In this document: positions 12,301 to 24,654 of the stretch, one piece after another | How positions within the stretch are numbered: position 1 is the first letter of the stretch | Layout of the letters: each line of letters starts with the position of its first letter | The notes under the pieces: model-generated | What the model was told of the DNA's origin: nothing | The model's database searches: none | What the model saw: the letters and a program-made list of their open reading frames with translations, nothing else | From: Laetmonice hystrix | Lineage: Eukaryota | Reading direction: 5' to 3' | NCBI GenBank assembly: GCA_965235115.1 | Contig: OZ249440.1 | Location: forward strand, 34,970,001-35,034,000 | Length of the DNA: 64,000 bases | Made by a program: the position numbers and the translations under genes

Positions 12301-15300
12301 GACTTCGTCATGTCGCAGCTTGCCATGGCACAGCGCTGTCCACGAGGCAGACGATGGACAGCTCAACAAAAGGCATTTTCTCTGTCACTTCTCCACTCAA
12401 GTCCAAAAACTTATCGATTGCTCTGCAAGGTTTTTGCCTTGCCATCCCCTCGAATCCTGAAAAGGGCTGTCCAATCTATCCAAATTTACCCAGGTGTCAA
12501 CAAGAATATCCTGGAGGCACTGCGAATGAAGACTGAGAAAATGTGTGCTCAAGATAAACTGGTGGCTTTGGTCATTGATGAGATGAGCATACGGCAAGGT
12601 CTGTCATATGATCAAGGACGTGACGTCATAGAGGGAGTGGCAGAGGGAACGGCCAGAACTAACAGTTTAGCCAGTCATGCCATTGTTTTCATGGTACGCG
12701 GATTATCTCAGAAATGGAAGCAGCCATTAGGATACTATCTGTCCAGTGGGCCAATGAGGGCAAGTGAGATGAAGCCGTTGTTGCTGTCATGTATTGATCA
12801 TCTCCAGGCGATTGGTTTGACAGTCATGGTGCTTATAAGTGACCAGGGCTCCAACAATTTAAATCTCTTTGGAACTGAGCTTGGTGTTTCTCCTGAAAAA
12901 CCGTTCTTCACACATGGTTCAATGAAAGTGTTCGTAATGTACGACCCACCACATCTGCTAAAGAGCATGCGGAACAACCTGAAAAAGCATGGCTTCACAA
13001 TAGAGGCTGAGGACAAGCTAGACATCACGTGGGACCATATCGTTAGTTTTTATGAGGCAGACTCAAGCAAACCAGTGCGACTAGCTCCAAAGCTTACACG
13101 CTGCCATATTGACATTCCCCCATTCAAGGATCTCCGGGTTCATCTCGCTGTCCAGGTCATGTCTCACAGTGTAGCCACAGGCATGGCATTCATGGCTCAG
13201 TGGAACATTATTCCAGGTGGGTTAAAATCATTCAAAAAGAGAAAGGAGCAATTTGTTTGCTTCATTACTGTCGACATGAAGTTTTCCTGCCTATGCACAA
13301 ATTACTGTAGCAGTAATAAAAGCTAAAATATATGTACATGTATTTGTTAATATCGAATATCTCTATTTCTTAATTTTATAAACTTAATGAATGTATCAAG
13401 TTTTAAAATTATAAGAATGAAGCTTTTCTTAGGTCATGCATCAGCTAAAATGGAACATTATTGTCAGACTTCAACATAGGGGCCACTATTTAGCATTTCA
13501 CTTTTTACCTCGTAAAAATTATTTTGAATCGCCACTATCACTTATGTGCCATTTAGAAATTTACATTTTCCCTGACCACAGAGGAAGCCAAGCATACTGC
13601 CAGTTTTTTGGACAAAATGGATAAGCTTTTCAACTGCTTCAACAGCCAGTCCCTGTCAAGCAAGTCAGAAATGAGCCATGCCTTCTCTGCTACATCAGGA
13701 CATCAGCAGTTTCTGGAAGAAACCTTGGCTTGGCTAAAGAGAGTCAAAACCAAAGGTTTGTTGTTGGCAAAAATTGTTATTCATTCTTTAATATTAATAT
13801 TAAAAACACAAACGACCTTCAGTCACAGCTTACTGGCCTTGATTTCCAAATGTAAAGTTTCTGAAACTTCTTTATTTTCACAGGTCGCTAGCAATGGATC
13901 TAGATATGTCATTTGGAATTTTCTTAACTGAAGACTTGGCATTACCAAAAACAAATGTAACTAGACGCCATGTGGCAGGGGCCACATGAGATCCCATCCC
14001 CTCTAGGAAGGATAGGCCTGCATATTTACATAGCCTATGTAGCAAGGCCCTTTTTATGTCATTTGCTATGTATCCTTTCTTTTCCTTTTAAGAAGTAGGG
14101 CTTTATCTTGCATCGTTTCTGAGTTATGAGCCTTAGAAGATGGCAATGACATCATTATGACGTCATATGTCCCATTACTGACTCTATCTTCCACCAGTTA
14201 CAAGTTATAACCCTGAGAAAATATAGATAGCACCATTATGACGTCATAGTTCACGTGACCTGAATTATAGTGGTGTCAAACGAAAGAGAATGTATGATTT
14301 CCTATTAGTGTTTAATAGTAACTATGGCTCTAACTTGAACCATTTACAAGTTATAGCCCTGAGAAAATATCGATGACATCATTATGACATCATCGCTCAC
14401 GTGACCTAAAATAATATTGTGCGAAATGAAAGAGCATATATATGACTTCCTATTTGACATCAATAGCAGCTATGCCTCTAAATTCAACCATTTACCATTT
14501 ATAGTTCTGAGATAATATTGAAATCTTTATGCCGTCATAGGTCATGTGACCTAAAAAATAATCGTGTCAAACCAAAGATGTATGACTTCCTCATAAACCC
14601 AATGGTCAAAACCAAACATTGATATCTTTAACCGTTTTCGAGATATCACTGATTTTTAGTTGAAAATGACCTAAAAGGGCCAACTTTGAGGGGCCATAAC
14701 ATGAAAACTACTGAATCTAGGGGGGCCATCTCGGAGTCAGAGACAGTTGACCTATTATGCAATCCAATGGTGCTGAAATCGGAAATTAGGTCAACTTGGC
14801 CGCCATCTTGGATTTTTCAAATTCGGGGAAAATGGGTCAAGTTTTTCATCTTAAACCTAATGCTGAAAACCAGACATTGATATCTTTAACGGTTTTCGAG
14901 ATATCACTGATTTTGGTTGAAAATACCCTAAAAGGGCCAACTTTGAGGGACCATCACATGGAAACTATTGAATTTAGGGGACCCATGTCAGTGTCAGAGA
15001 CAGTTGACGTATTACCCAATTCAATGATGCAGAAATCGGAAATTAGGTCAACTTGGCCGCCATGTTGGATTTTTCAAATTTAGGGGAAAATGGGTCACGT
15101 CTTTCATCCTAAACCCAATGGTGAAAACCAGACATTGATATCTTTAACCGTTTTCGAGATATCACGGATTTCTGGTTGAAAATGACCCAAAAGGGCCAAC
15201 TTTGAGGGGCCATAACATGGAAACTACTGAATTTAGGGGGGCCATCTCGGAGTCAGAGACAGTTGACCTATTATGCAATCCAATGGTGCTGAAATCGGAA

Positions 15301-18300
15301 ATTAGGTCAACTTGGCCGCCATCTTGGATTTTTTAAATTCAGGAAAAATGGGTCATGTTTTTCATCCTAAACCTAATGGTGCAAATCAGACATTGATATC
15401 TTTAGCCGTTTTCGAGATATCACTGATTTTTGGTTGAAAATGACCTAAAAGGGCCAACTTTGAGGGGCCATAACATGGAAACTACTGAATTTAGGGGAGC
15501 CATCTCGGAGTCAGAGACAGTTGACCTATTATGCAATCCAATGGTGCTGAAATCGGAAATTAGGTCAACTTGGCCGCCATCTTGGATTTTTTAAATTCAG
15601 GAAAAATGGGTCATGTTTTTCATCCTAAACCTAATAGTGAAAACCAGACATTGATATCTTTAACGGTTTTCGAGATATCACTGATTTTTGGTTGAAAATG
15701 ACCTAAAAGGGCCAACTTTGAGGGGCCATAACATGAAAACTACTGAATTTAGGGGGGCCATCTCGGAGTCAGAGACAGTTGACCTATTATGCAATCCAAT
15801 GGTGCTGAAATCGGAAATTAGGTCAACTTGGCCGCCATCTTGGATTTTTCAAATTCGGTGGAAATGGGTCAAGGTTTTCATCCTAAACCTAATGGTGAAA
15901 ACCAGACATTGATATCTTTAACCGTTTTCGAGATATCACTGATTTTTAGTTGAAAATGACCCAAAAGGGCCAACTTTGAGGGCCCATAACATAGAAACTA
16001 CTGAATTTAGGGGAGCCATCTCGGAGTCAGAGACAGTTGACCTATTACCCAATCCAATGGTGCTGAAATCGGAAATTAGGTCAACTTGGCCGCCATCTTG
16101 GATTTTTCAAATTTGGGGAAAATGGGTCAAGTTTTTCATCCTAAACCTAATAGTGAAAACCAGACATTGATATCTTTAACGGTTTTCGAGATATCACTGA
16201 TTTTGGTTGAAAATACCCTAAAAGGGCCAACTTTGAGGGACCATCACATGGAAACTATTGAATTTAGGGGACCCATGTCAGTGTCAGAGACAGTTGACGT
16301 ATTACCCAATTCAATGATGCAGAAATCGGAAATTAGGTCAACTTGGCCGCCATGTTGGATTTTTCAAATTTAGGGGAAAATGGGTCACGTCTTTCATCCT
16401 AAACCCAATGGTGAAAACCAGACATTGATATCTTTAACCGTTTTCGAGATATCACGGATTTCTGGTTGAAAATGACCCAAAAGGGCCAACTTTGAGGGGC
16501 CATAACATGGAAACTACTGAATTTAGGGGGGCCATCTCGGAGTCAGAGACAGTTGACCTATTATGCAATCCAATGGTGCTGAAATCGGAAATTAGGTCAA
16601 CTTGGCCGCCATCTTGGATTTTTTAAATTCAGGAAAAATGGGTCATGTTTTTCATCCTAAACCTAATGGTGCAAATCAGACATTGATATCTTTAGCCGTT
16701 TTCGAGATATCACTGATTTTTGGTTGAAAATGACCTAAAAGGGCCAACTTTGAGGGGCCATAACATGGAAACTACTGAATTTAGGGGAGCCATCTCGGAG
16801 TCAGAGACAGTTGACCTATTATGCAATCCAATGGTGCTGAAATCGGAAATTAGGTCAACTTGGCCGCCATCTTGGATTTTTTAAATTCAGGAAAAATGGG
16901 TCATGTTTTTCATCCTAAACCTAATAGTGAAAACCAGACATTGATATCTTTAACGGTTTTCGAGATATCACTGATTTTTGGTTGAAAATGACCTAAAAGG
17001 GCCAACTTTGAGGGGCCATAACATGAAAACTACTGAATTTAGGGAGGCCATCTCGGAGTCAGAGACAGTTGACCTATTATGCAATCCAATGGTGCTGAAA
17101 TCGGAAATTAGGTCAACTTCGCCGCCATCTTGGATTTTTCAAATTCGGTGGAAATGGGTCAAGGTTTTCATCCTAAACCTAATGGTGAAAACCAGACATT
17201 GATATCTTTAACCGTTTTCGAGATATCACTGATTTTTAGTTGAAAATGACCCAAAAGGGCCAACTTTGAGGGCCCATAACATAGAAACTACTGAATTTAG
17301 GGGAGCCATCTCGGAGTCAGAGACAGTTGACCTATTACCCAATCCAATGGTGCTGAAATCGGAAATTAGGTCAACTTGGCCGCCATCTTGGATTTTTCAA
17401 ATTCGTGGGAAATCGGTCAAATCCTGAACCCAATGGTAAAATTCCGAAAGATATCACCTTCACTCTATTTTCAGTTGTTACCCGTGAAGAAAGCATTTTA
17501 GTAGTCTGTACCACAAATTGTACTTTTGGGCCATCGTACTTTTGTGAGTAGTCTCACAAATGGTGAATGATATCAGGCTTTTTTAGCTTGTAAATTGAGT
17601 AATACTCCTTTCTTGCAATTTTACTCATCTTTGAGGTCACGCGACTCCCTTAATATAGGTCAAATCGCTCATCTCAAAACGTTCCTGTACTGAGGCCACT
17701 AATGTCCTTGCTTGAGTTCAGTTTTATGGAATTTCTTCAAAATTTGTGGGACTAGTAGGGATTTAAGTAACTGCAACATTTTGACCTTAGTGTCATATAG
17801 GTCAAAGGTCAAAGGTCAAATTGACCAAACAAAATTTAGGGGATCATGTCCCAATAACAATGGTATGAGTTGTTTAAAAAAAATCTTCATTTTCAATGAA
17901 ATATTGGCCTTTATATATGGAACCATTAGTACGTCATAACTCCATGACGTTACGTCATATGACGTCATAACTCATTTGCATAGTAGAGAATCCCAGTACC
18001 TATCTCCCCACCAAGTTTCATTAAGATATCTTAAAAAATGACCAAAATACGACCATGGGTTAACGACTACTACTACTACTACACCCTACATGTATAATAA
18101 TAATAGGGAAGATGAAACCATACAACTTCAAGATCCCATCCCCTTCAGGGGGGATGGGATAATAAGACCCTTAATAACCAATCATGTCTCACTATCATGC
18201 CAGCTGCCCAGCATCATCTAACATCACTTTCAATTTTAATCAAATGAATTACACGGTCATTTGCATGGTTTTAGGTACACGGAGCCCTGCTTGCCTTAAG

Positions 18301-19470
18301 GGATGGCAGCTGTCCATCAATTCCCTTCTTCAGCTGTGGACGACCTTGAGTGAGGACCACGGCTTCAGGTACCTCCTGACCAACAGGCTGAACCAGGATT
18401 GCCTAGAGAATTTCTTCAGTGTGATCCGAGCCAAGGGGGCTGGTCATGATAACCCTGATGCCAAGGCTTTTAGGGCTTCCTTTGCCCAAGTAAGTTTATT
18501 GACAGTGAGTTAATGACTGTACATTTCGATGATGTACATAGTAATGATGTACCAGTACATGAGCAATTAAGGTTGCAAATGATGAAAAAGTCATGTTTGT
18601 AACTTCAACATCATATAAATAAAGTTGCTGTTGTAATTGATACAGGACTATATGCAGTAAATAGCTTTTTTTCTTTGTCATAATACTGATTTACTATCTT
18701 TAAGTATGGGTGTACTAGAAGAAGTTTTTGCTTCCTGCTGTTATTTATGTAACAGTGATCCCTTGTTTCAGGCTATGGTTGCATCAATCCTTAACCAGGG
18801 AGACAACACAAACTGCAAAGAAGACCTGGATGAGTTTTTGCTCTCATTGGATTCTCTTCCAGTCAAAAGTGGTAGCGAGGAGGTCTTCCAGGTACAGCCA
18901 TCGCCCTATGAAGCTCTGCTGTCTGTTCTGCCTGAAAATATGAAGGGACTGTTGCCGCTATGCTCTTTCCAGGTAGAACGTGCAGTGGATGAGGCAGAGG
19001 AACTCTCTTTCTCCGAGTCCAATGTTCTGGCTTACATTGCTGGATACATCATCCGACGGTTGAGGGGCAAAATATGTAATGATTGCACTTCAAAGTTAAT
19101 CTGCAATTCAGAAAGTGAAAGTGATGGAAATCTTGAGTTTATAAAACTGAAGAAGTATGCTGGTGCTAAGGATGGCTTAATTTTACCCAGCAAAGCTTTG
19201 CTTGATGTCTTGGAAAAGGTTGAGAAGGAATACAGAGGGGTGATTGATAATGTCATCTTCTGTGAAAAAGTAAAGACCTCACTAGTGTCAACAATTCTCA
19301 AAAATGTTAAATTTGAAACTCTGTATTGCAACTCGTGCAAACCACACCTTACTATTGTACACATCATGGTGAATATTCGCCTGCATCACACCCTAAAGAT
19401 GGCAAACGAGTCTGTAATGCAGCAGAAGGGAAGGAAGAACAGAAAGATGCTCAAGTTTGCACACCTGTGA
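9392..19470 (+). CDS. P-element/THAP9-like transposase, 9 exons, ~894 aa
   Basis: Predicted GT-AG exons 9392-9507, 10112-10200, 10428-10585, 10811-10916, 11104-11153, 12139-13216, 13582-13755, 18275-18489, 18772-19470 = 2685 nt in frame. THAP C2CH (CSAINC...W...LCPEHF, AIPTIF); catalytic motifs IDEM, SDQG, YDPPHLLK, NQDCLENFF. Confidence 0.85.
11299..11523. mobile_element. CCCAG-terminated MITE in P-element intron 5
   Basis: CCCAGATAGCACACAGC / GCTGTGTGCTATCTTG inverted ends, GC-rich GGCCCAC subrepeats; related sequence continues to ~11620. Confidence 0.6.
13959..18165 (-). mobile_element. Helentron-associated (HINE/DINE-1-like) non-autonomous element in P-element intron 7
   Basis: On minus strand: TT start, ATCCCATCCCC-loop-GGGGATGGGATC inverted repeat, (GTA)n microsatellite (~18065-18081), central tandem array, second GGGGATGGGATC, hairpin CATGTGGC-CCCT-GCCACATG and CTAGTT end; no TSD. 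Confidence 0.75.
14595..17420. repeat. Tandem satellite, 11 x 258 bp with a 5-mer (1290-bp) higher-order repeat
   Basis: Anchor CATTGATATCTTTA recurs at 14617, 14875, 15133 ... 17197 (258-bp step); variant monomers recur after 1290 bp. Confidence 0.95.
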
Positions 19471-21786
19471 AAGCTAATGTGATTGTATCCTACATGTAGC
19501 TGTCGTGTACTTGATACATAACCATCACCTTGTTTAGGACAAGGTTTTGCACTTTGTAAAATGCACTTGACCTTGCACTGAAATGACGTGCCATCACTTG
19601 CGTTTGGGAATTTTTGGAAGTAATTTTGGGATCAAGAATTAATTATATATGCTAGGAAATGTAGAGTTAGCATTTTTACATGAAACAGGAGATTACAAGG
19701 TCTAATGTTTAATCAGTTAAGAACTTTGGCTTTAGGATGTTGATTTAGGCACTACTTACAGCTAGATTTAGCGCATAGCTAAAACTGATGGGAATTCTGC
19801 CCTTTCCATCACCAGCTATACACAGGTAATGTATCGTGTAAGTGTCATCCAATATGTCTTTGTTAGAAAGCCAAGTGTATCTACTTATCTTGTGATATTT
19901 AACACAATGTTTTGAATTTTAATTCTTGAAATGGAATGTGAGCAGGTCTAGTATTCACCAAATGGTCATAATAAGTTGTTAAAAGGCTTGCAACTTTACT
20001 GAAGTAACCAATTAAAATACAGCCAATTTTACTGAAGTAACTGAAAATCTGCAGCACCTTAGAGTGTGATTTGATGTTGAATTTGATGTACAAATATATT
20101 TTTTGGATGGGTAGATAGATGTCCATGGATAGTGGGATTACCTGGATCCTCTCATCCAAGGATAAATAAAAGAATGAAATGTGCAATATAACTAAAAGTG
20201 TGAATTTGTTTTTTCATTTATAACTTCAAATTTTAGAAATTTTAATATTGGTAAATCCATGAAGTAACCAATTTTTATTTATCGTTTTTCGTTTATCGTT
20301 ATCCTGGCCTAAGTATGATATTTTGATATGCTTTGGCCACAAAATAGTTTCCAGTCGGTACAGTAGAATGATCTGAATGATTTGAGCATAATTTATGCAC
20401 TCAACACGGTCACCATATTTCAGCTGTCAGTGAATATATAAAAAAAGGCCAACCATCAATAGGTTAAGTAAAATCACAAATAGGAGGACCTCAAGACCCA
20501 CGGCTCTGATTAAATAAAAAAAAAAGTCACATGGACAAATTGGGGTTTGATATCTGTTTTTCCCGCCCATATTTCATATTTTAATGCAGGGCCGTTTTCT
20601 CATTGTCAACTAGTCTAGTAGCAACCCCCACTAAATTTATTAGTTTTCGGCTATTTTACTGGGTTATTTTTCTCTTTCAAGGTCCGGGGGGGGGGGGGGG
20701 GTGTCTCGGTTTTATGACAGAGTTTTTCTTTTCCTTTTTTTGAAGTTGTCTTTCTTTAGTTTAGGCCTAAACAATCGTCAATAATGCTTACGAAATAGCG
20801 TGTAGGGTACTCTTTACACACACAAGGACAGACTGAGACACATTTTACTAATTTTTAGAACTGCGCTGTAAGTTTTATTCTGAAATACTCTAAATGCGGA
20901 TCATTGTTTCATGAGAGGTAGACTAGAGACAGAGTAGAGTGACATCGCCCGCATGCCTGGCTTGGCCTTGCACTCCAAATTCGTTTATTATCGCCCATAT
21001 ACGAGCTGCAAATGTTCTAATTTTCTTAATCATTTGACAATTTACAGTGATTATTTTTGTACTTGCGTTTCATACGAGTGGTTTTACGTTAAAAAATTAC
21101 GTATATACCTAATATTTGACTTCCAGTGTAAGAACTTACGGCTTAACTCAATCTACTAGGCCTCGCATACACTCCGCTGCAGTAGATTTCGCCCGCCTTG
21201 TTGGCCAGCTTACCTACTCCTAGATGGCGCTGCGTCACAATGCGCACCACGGGAAGCGCAAGAGTCGCACATCCTATCTACTCTACTATTCTTGATGGCA
21301 GTGGTTAATCTGCCAGCATATGGATGGGTCATGTGCCTGCAATACTGGATTGTTATTGGATGATGTCTGACGCCAGAACAGCAGATTGCCTAATTAGTGC
21401 TGAAATAACAACGATTTTTGGACTAAACTAACACTTACCCAACGTTCAACCCCAACCCAAACATGTTGGGTCAACGGAAATAAGTCAAACTAATTTAATT
21501 ATTCTGCCATCTGATGGCAGAATAACTACTGTGTGGGAATATCGCTAATTTTTCCCTACATTCTACACTATTATATGGCTTTAATTACTGGTTCACATTT
21601 GTTTACAAGGTAGACCACCCAATGTCATCTTTTCAGGCATGGGTATTATTTTAAAATAAAAAGTGTAGCACTAGCAGCTCTGCCTATGGAGAAAATCTCC
21701 AGATTTCCAGTCAGGTTATTAAATCAGACATAAAAACATTAACAATGTTCTCAGTTTTGTAATATTAATTATTTTTTTTCTAACAG

Positions 21787-24064
21787 GATACGAAAGAGAG
21801 CAGGTACAGATGAAAAAAAATCATGCCTCCCATAAAGAAGACACTGACAGATCTGACCAACATGTCTAAAAAAGAACTTGACAAGCAACTACCCAAAAAA
21901 GCCAAGATCAATATAGTGGCTAACTGTCTGAGCATTTCAACTTGTGGAGGAGACGAGGACTTTATGCCAAGTATGGCTTATCAATATGTCAACTGAATGA
22001 ATATAAACTACTAACACCTTCAAAAGTGTTCACCGTGGATGGATGGACAAGTGACCTTCAGATCCTTCCAGACATAGATGATACCATAGTTAAACAATAT
22101 CTGTTGGACACACACGTTATCCCCTCATCCCATAGCAGAACATAGAAAATATCAAGGCCTTATCAGCTGAAAGACTTCATTCACTCACTACAAGTCCATC
22201 CACTGAAAACGTCACCTACCTTCATTCTCATCAAAGCCCACTGCAATCCATCCCAGTCAGCCAACCATGACGACGTCAAAGTTCTCTACTGCATCATTGA
22301 TAAAGTCACCGGACACCCCTATGGTGGATACTGTACATGTACAGCAGGGTAAGCCTTCTATATTGCTTACGATTTCAACAACTGCTACTCTGAATTTATT
22401 ATTGATTTAACAAATTGTAACAAGGTCGTGCTTAGAATAGTAAATAATAAGAAGAATATACAGTAGTTAGTCTTGAAGTATGCAAAAACATAGATATATA
22501 TATACGAATGTATAGAAACTCCAGTAATGGTTCAGATAAAGGATGTAGATAACAGGATGCTGATGTCAGCACCATAGTGGTGGAACAATGTAAACAACTC
22601 CCGGATGTTAAGATAAGTAGTATAACAACTCCCGGATGTTAGTGCAGAGTGGTGTAAACAACTCCAGGATGTTGGCGTCCTGTGACCGGATGAGTCAGCA
22701 TCATGAGACCAGCCAAAACCGGTTAGAACCGGTCAGAACCAGTCAAAACCGGTTAGAACCAGAAAACCTAAAAATAGGTATCAGTAGTTAAGAGTATGAA
22801 CTGGGAGTCTTGTGACCGATGAGTCAGCATTCTGGGGAAAACCCAGGGGCTGACTCGGCGGCATGTGATTCTGGCTCAGCGCTAAAAATAGATCGCTATA
22901 AAACCCGGGAGGATAGGCAAGCAGTATAAAGGGACGGGGCTTAGCTAGGAAGAGACAGGGCTTAGCTAGGAAGAGACAGACGGGAATGGGGATCCAGAGC
23001 GAACGCTACAGAAAGCTCTCCAGGCACACTCACCAAGACGACGCACTATTGTGAACAAAGAAGTCGTTACTCCAAATCTGGACTTGTGTTGTTGATCAGT
23101 TTGGGGGTCCACCCAACTACAAAATCCTAATCTTAATAAATTGATTATTGATACAACATACCACTTGTTAGTAAACAAAACACTTGTTAGTAAACAAAAT
23201 AGATTATCGATGGAAAGTATACATAATGCTCATTTGGTGACTGAATTTGATTTTGTTTAAAAGAAAGCTAATGTGCCGCTAATGCAATATCTTTTTTTAT
23301 TGCCAGGAAAAGTAAGTATTGGCTGGTAAATATTTGGTGGTGGTAGCTTTGTTGTCCTCTTGCAGATCACAGGCTTTGTGGAATTTAATGTCTTTAAAAA
23401 AATCCATAATTATTTTCTATTGAGCCCCGTACTTAGTAATTTAGTATGGTAGTGTAGTCTGGGCTCCCAAATGCATAATCCACTGCTTGCACTTTCTTAA
23501 CATTTACTGTAAAAGTGACATCACAGGTCTAGCAGCTTAATATTTCCACTGATTTTCCTTTGAAGTTTGTGCTGGTATGCAGTGCATGTTGAATCCTTGC
23601 CTTTAGATTAGGTTTTAATGTAGATACATGTATAGCCATACAACAAGTTATCAGATAAATAATTTAGGGCAGTGGTGTCAGTTTCCTTTGATAGATCATA
23701 TTCATAATTATAATCCACGAAAATTAAAACGGATACAACTGAGAGGGAAAAAAAGAAATATATAGCACATTCTACTAATGAGATCTATATATATATTAAT
23801 ATAAAGTAGACCTATTTTGTTGGTACATTGGAATCCCAAATAACAAGCAACGAATCCTCAGTGAAAAAACCCACTTATTCAAAATACCAAATGCGTTTTG
23901 TGCTAAGAGTGAAAGGTTGTAATGTGTTTCTAGTTACTGCCAATCATGTGGTCACATGGGTGCACTTCTGTTTGCTGTGTCTGATTTCGTGACATCTGGA
24001 GCTGATTCTGTGCCAGACAGGCCCTCCTGCACAGAGCAAATATGCAAATGGACAGATCCAAAAG
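21787..24064 (+). pseudogene. Spliced SWIM zinc-finger gene remnant (ISL2EU/Kolobok accessory-protein-like)
   Basis: Exons ~21787-22348 and 23934-24064 join to ...GGYCTCTAG/YCQSCGHMGALLF...SCTEQICKW (CxC-x7-CxH); in-frame TAG at 22143-22145. Confidence 0.65.
22416..23196 (+). mobile_element. Solo LTR (Gypsy-like, 4-bp TSD)
   Basis: TGT...ACA termini, AAAT on both sides, TATA-like GTATAAAG (~22924), AATAAA (~23135), internal short direct repeats. Confidence 0.7.
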
Positions 24065-24222
24065 GTACTTTTCTTGATAGTGTTGGGAATTTATTTTACA
24101 AAATACTTGCGAAATGTACATAAATAGGTAGGGGAGCTTTGGGGCATATCAGAGAACCGATATCAATGCAGATATATTTTTGATGAAAAACGATGTATTA
24201 TTTAAAATTCCTGAGTCCAGGG

Positions 24223-24490
24223 GTTCATTTAAAGTTTCCTTAGATTGACCCCCCACCCCTGCAAAAAAAACCCTGGGAATCCAGGCTGCCTTCGGACGCC
24301 CCCAGACTCGTATAATTGTCTTGTATAATTTGCCTTAGCTGAGTAGATTTGAGTGAAACTTAGTGTTCTCCACAGGATGAAATGTCACACCGGCGGTAAA
24401 TCTGGGGGCCTGTGGGGGGTCCAAAGGCAGCCTGGATTCCCTTTTTTTTTGCAGGGGTTGGGGGTCAATCTAAGGAAACTTTAAATGAAC
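24223..24490. mobile_element. MITE with ~85-bp inverted arms
   Basis: GTTCATTTAAAGTTTCCTTAGATTGACCCCC...GGGAATCCAGGCTGCCTT mirrored at ~24410-24490; no TSD seen. Confidence 0.7.
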
Positions 24491-24654
24491 AATCGACTGT
24501 GTTACTGCTTCAAAATTGTGTGTGTTCACCACAAAGGCTACACCCCACAGATCCGAATCTAAGGCATGGATGCTCGATGTAAATGGACACCGGCGGTCAC
24601 TTTGGGCGCTCAGTACACCGGCAGGAGACAAAAGTACACCGACGGGCCGCCTGC

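Larger units (their letters stand above)
9274..21294 (+). mobile_element. P-superfamily (THAP transposase) DNA transposon with both ends, 12 kb including nested inserts
   Basis: ~90-100-bp imperfect TIRs (CAAGAATAGT.GA.TAGATAGGATGTGC...GCAGCGCCATCTAGGAGTAGGTAAGCT; 9274-9371 and 21207-21294); 7-bp TSD ATGGCAG at 9267-9273 and 21295-21301. Confidence 0.93.

Noticed and set aside
14595..17420. CRISPR-like array
   Set aside because: Whole 258-bp units repeat with no unique spacers; eukaryotic context and no cas genes. The short ORFs in it are repeat artefacts.
9392..19470. Domesticated host THAP9 gene
   Set aside because: Bounded by TIRs and a perfect TSD and inserted into another repeat, so it behaves as a transposon.
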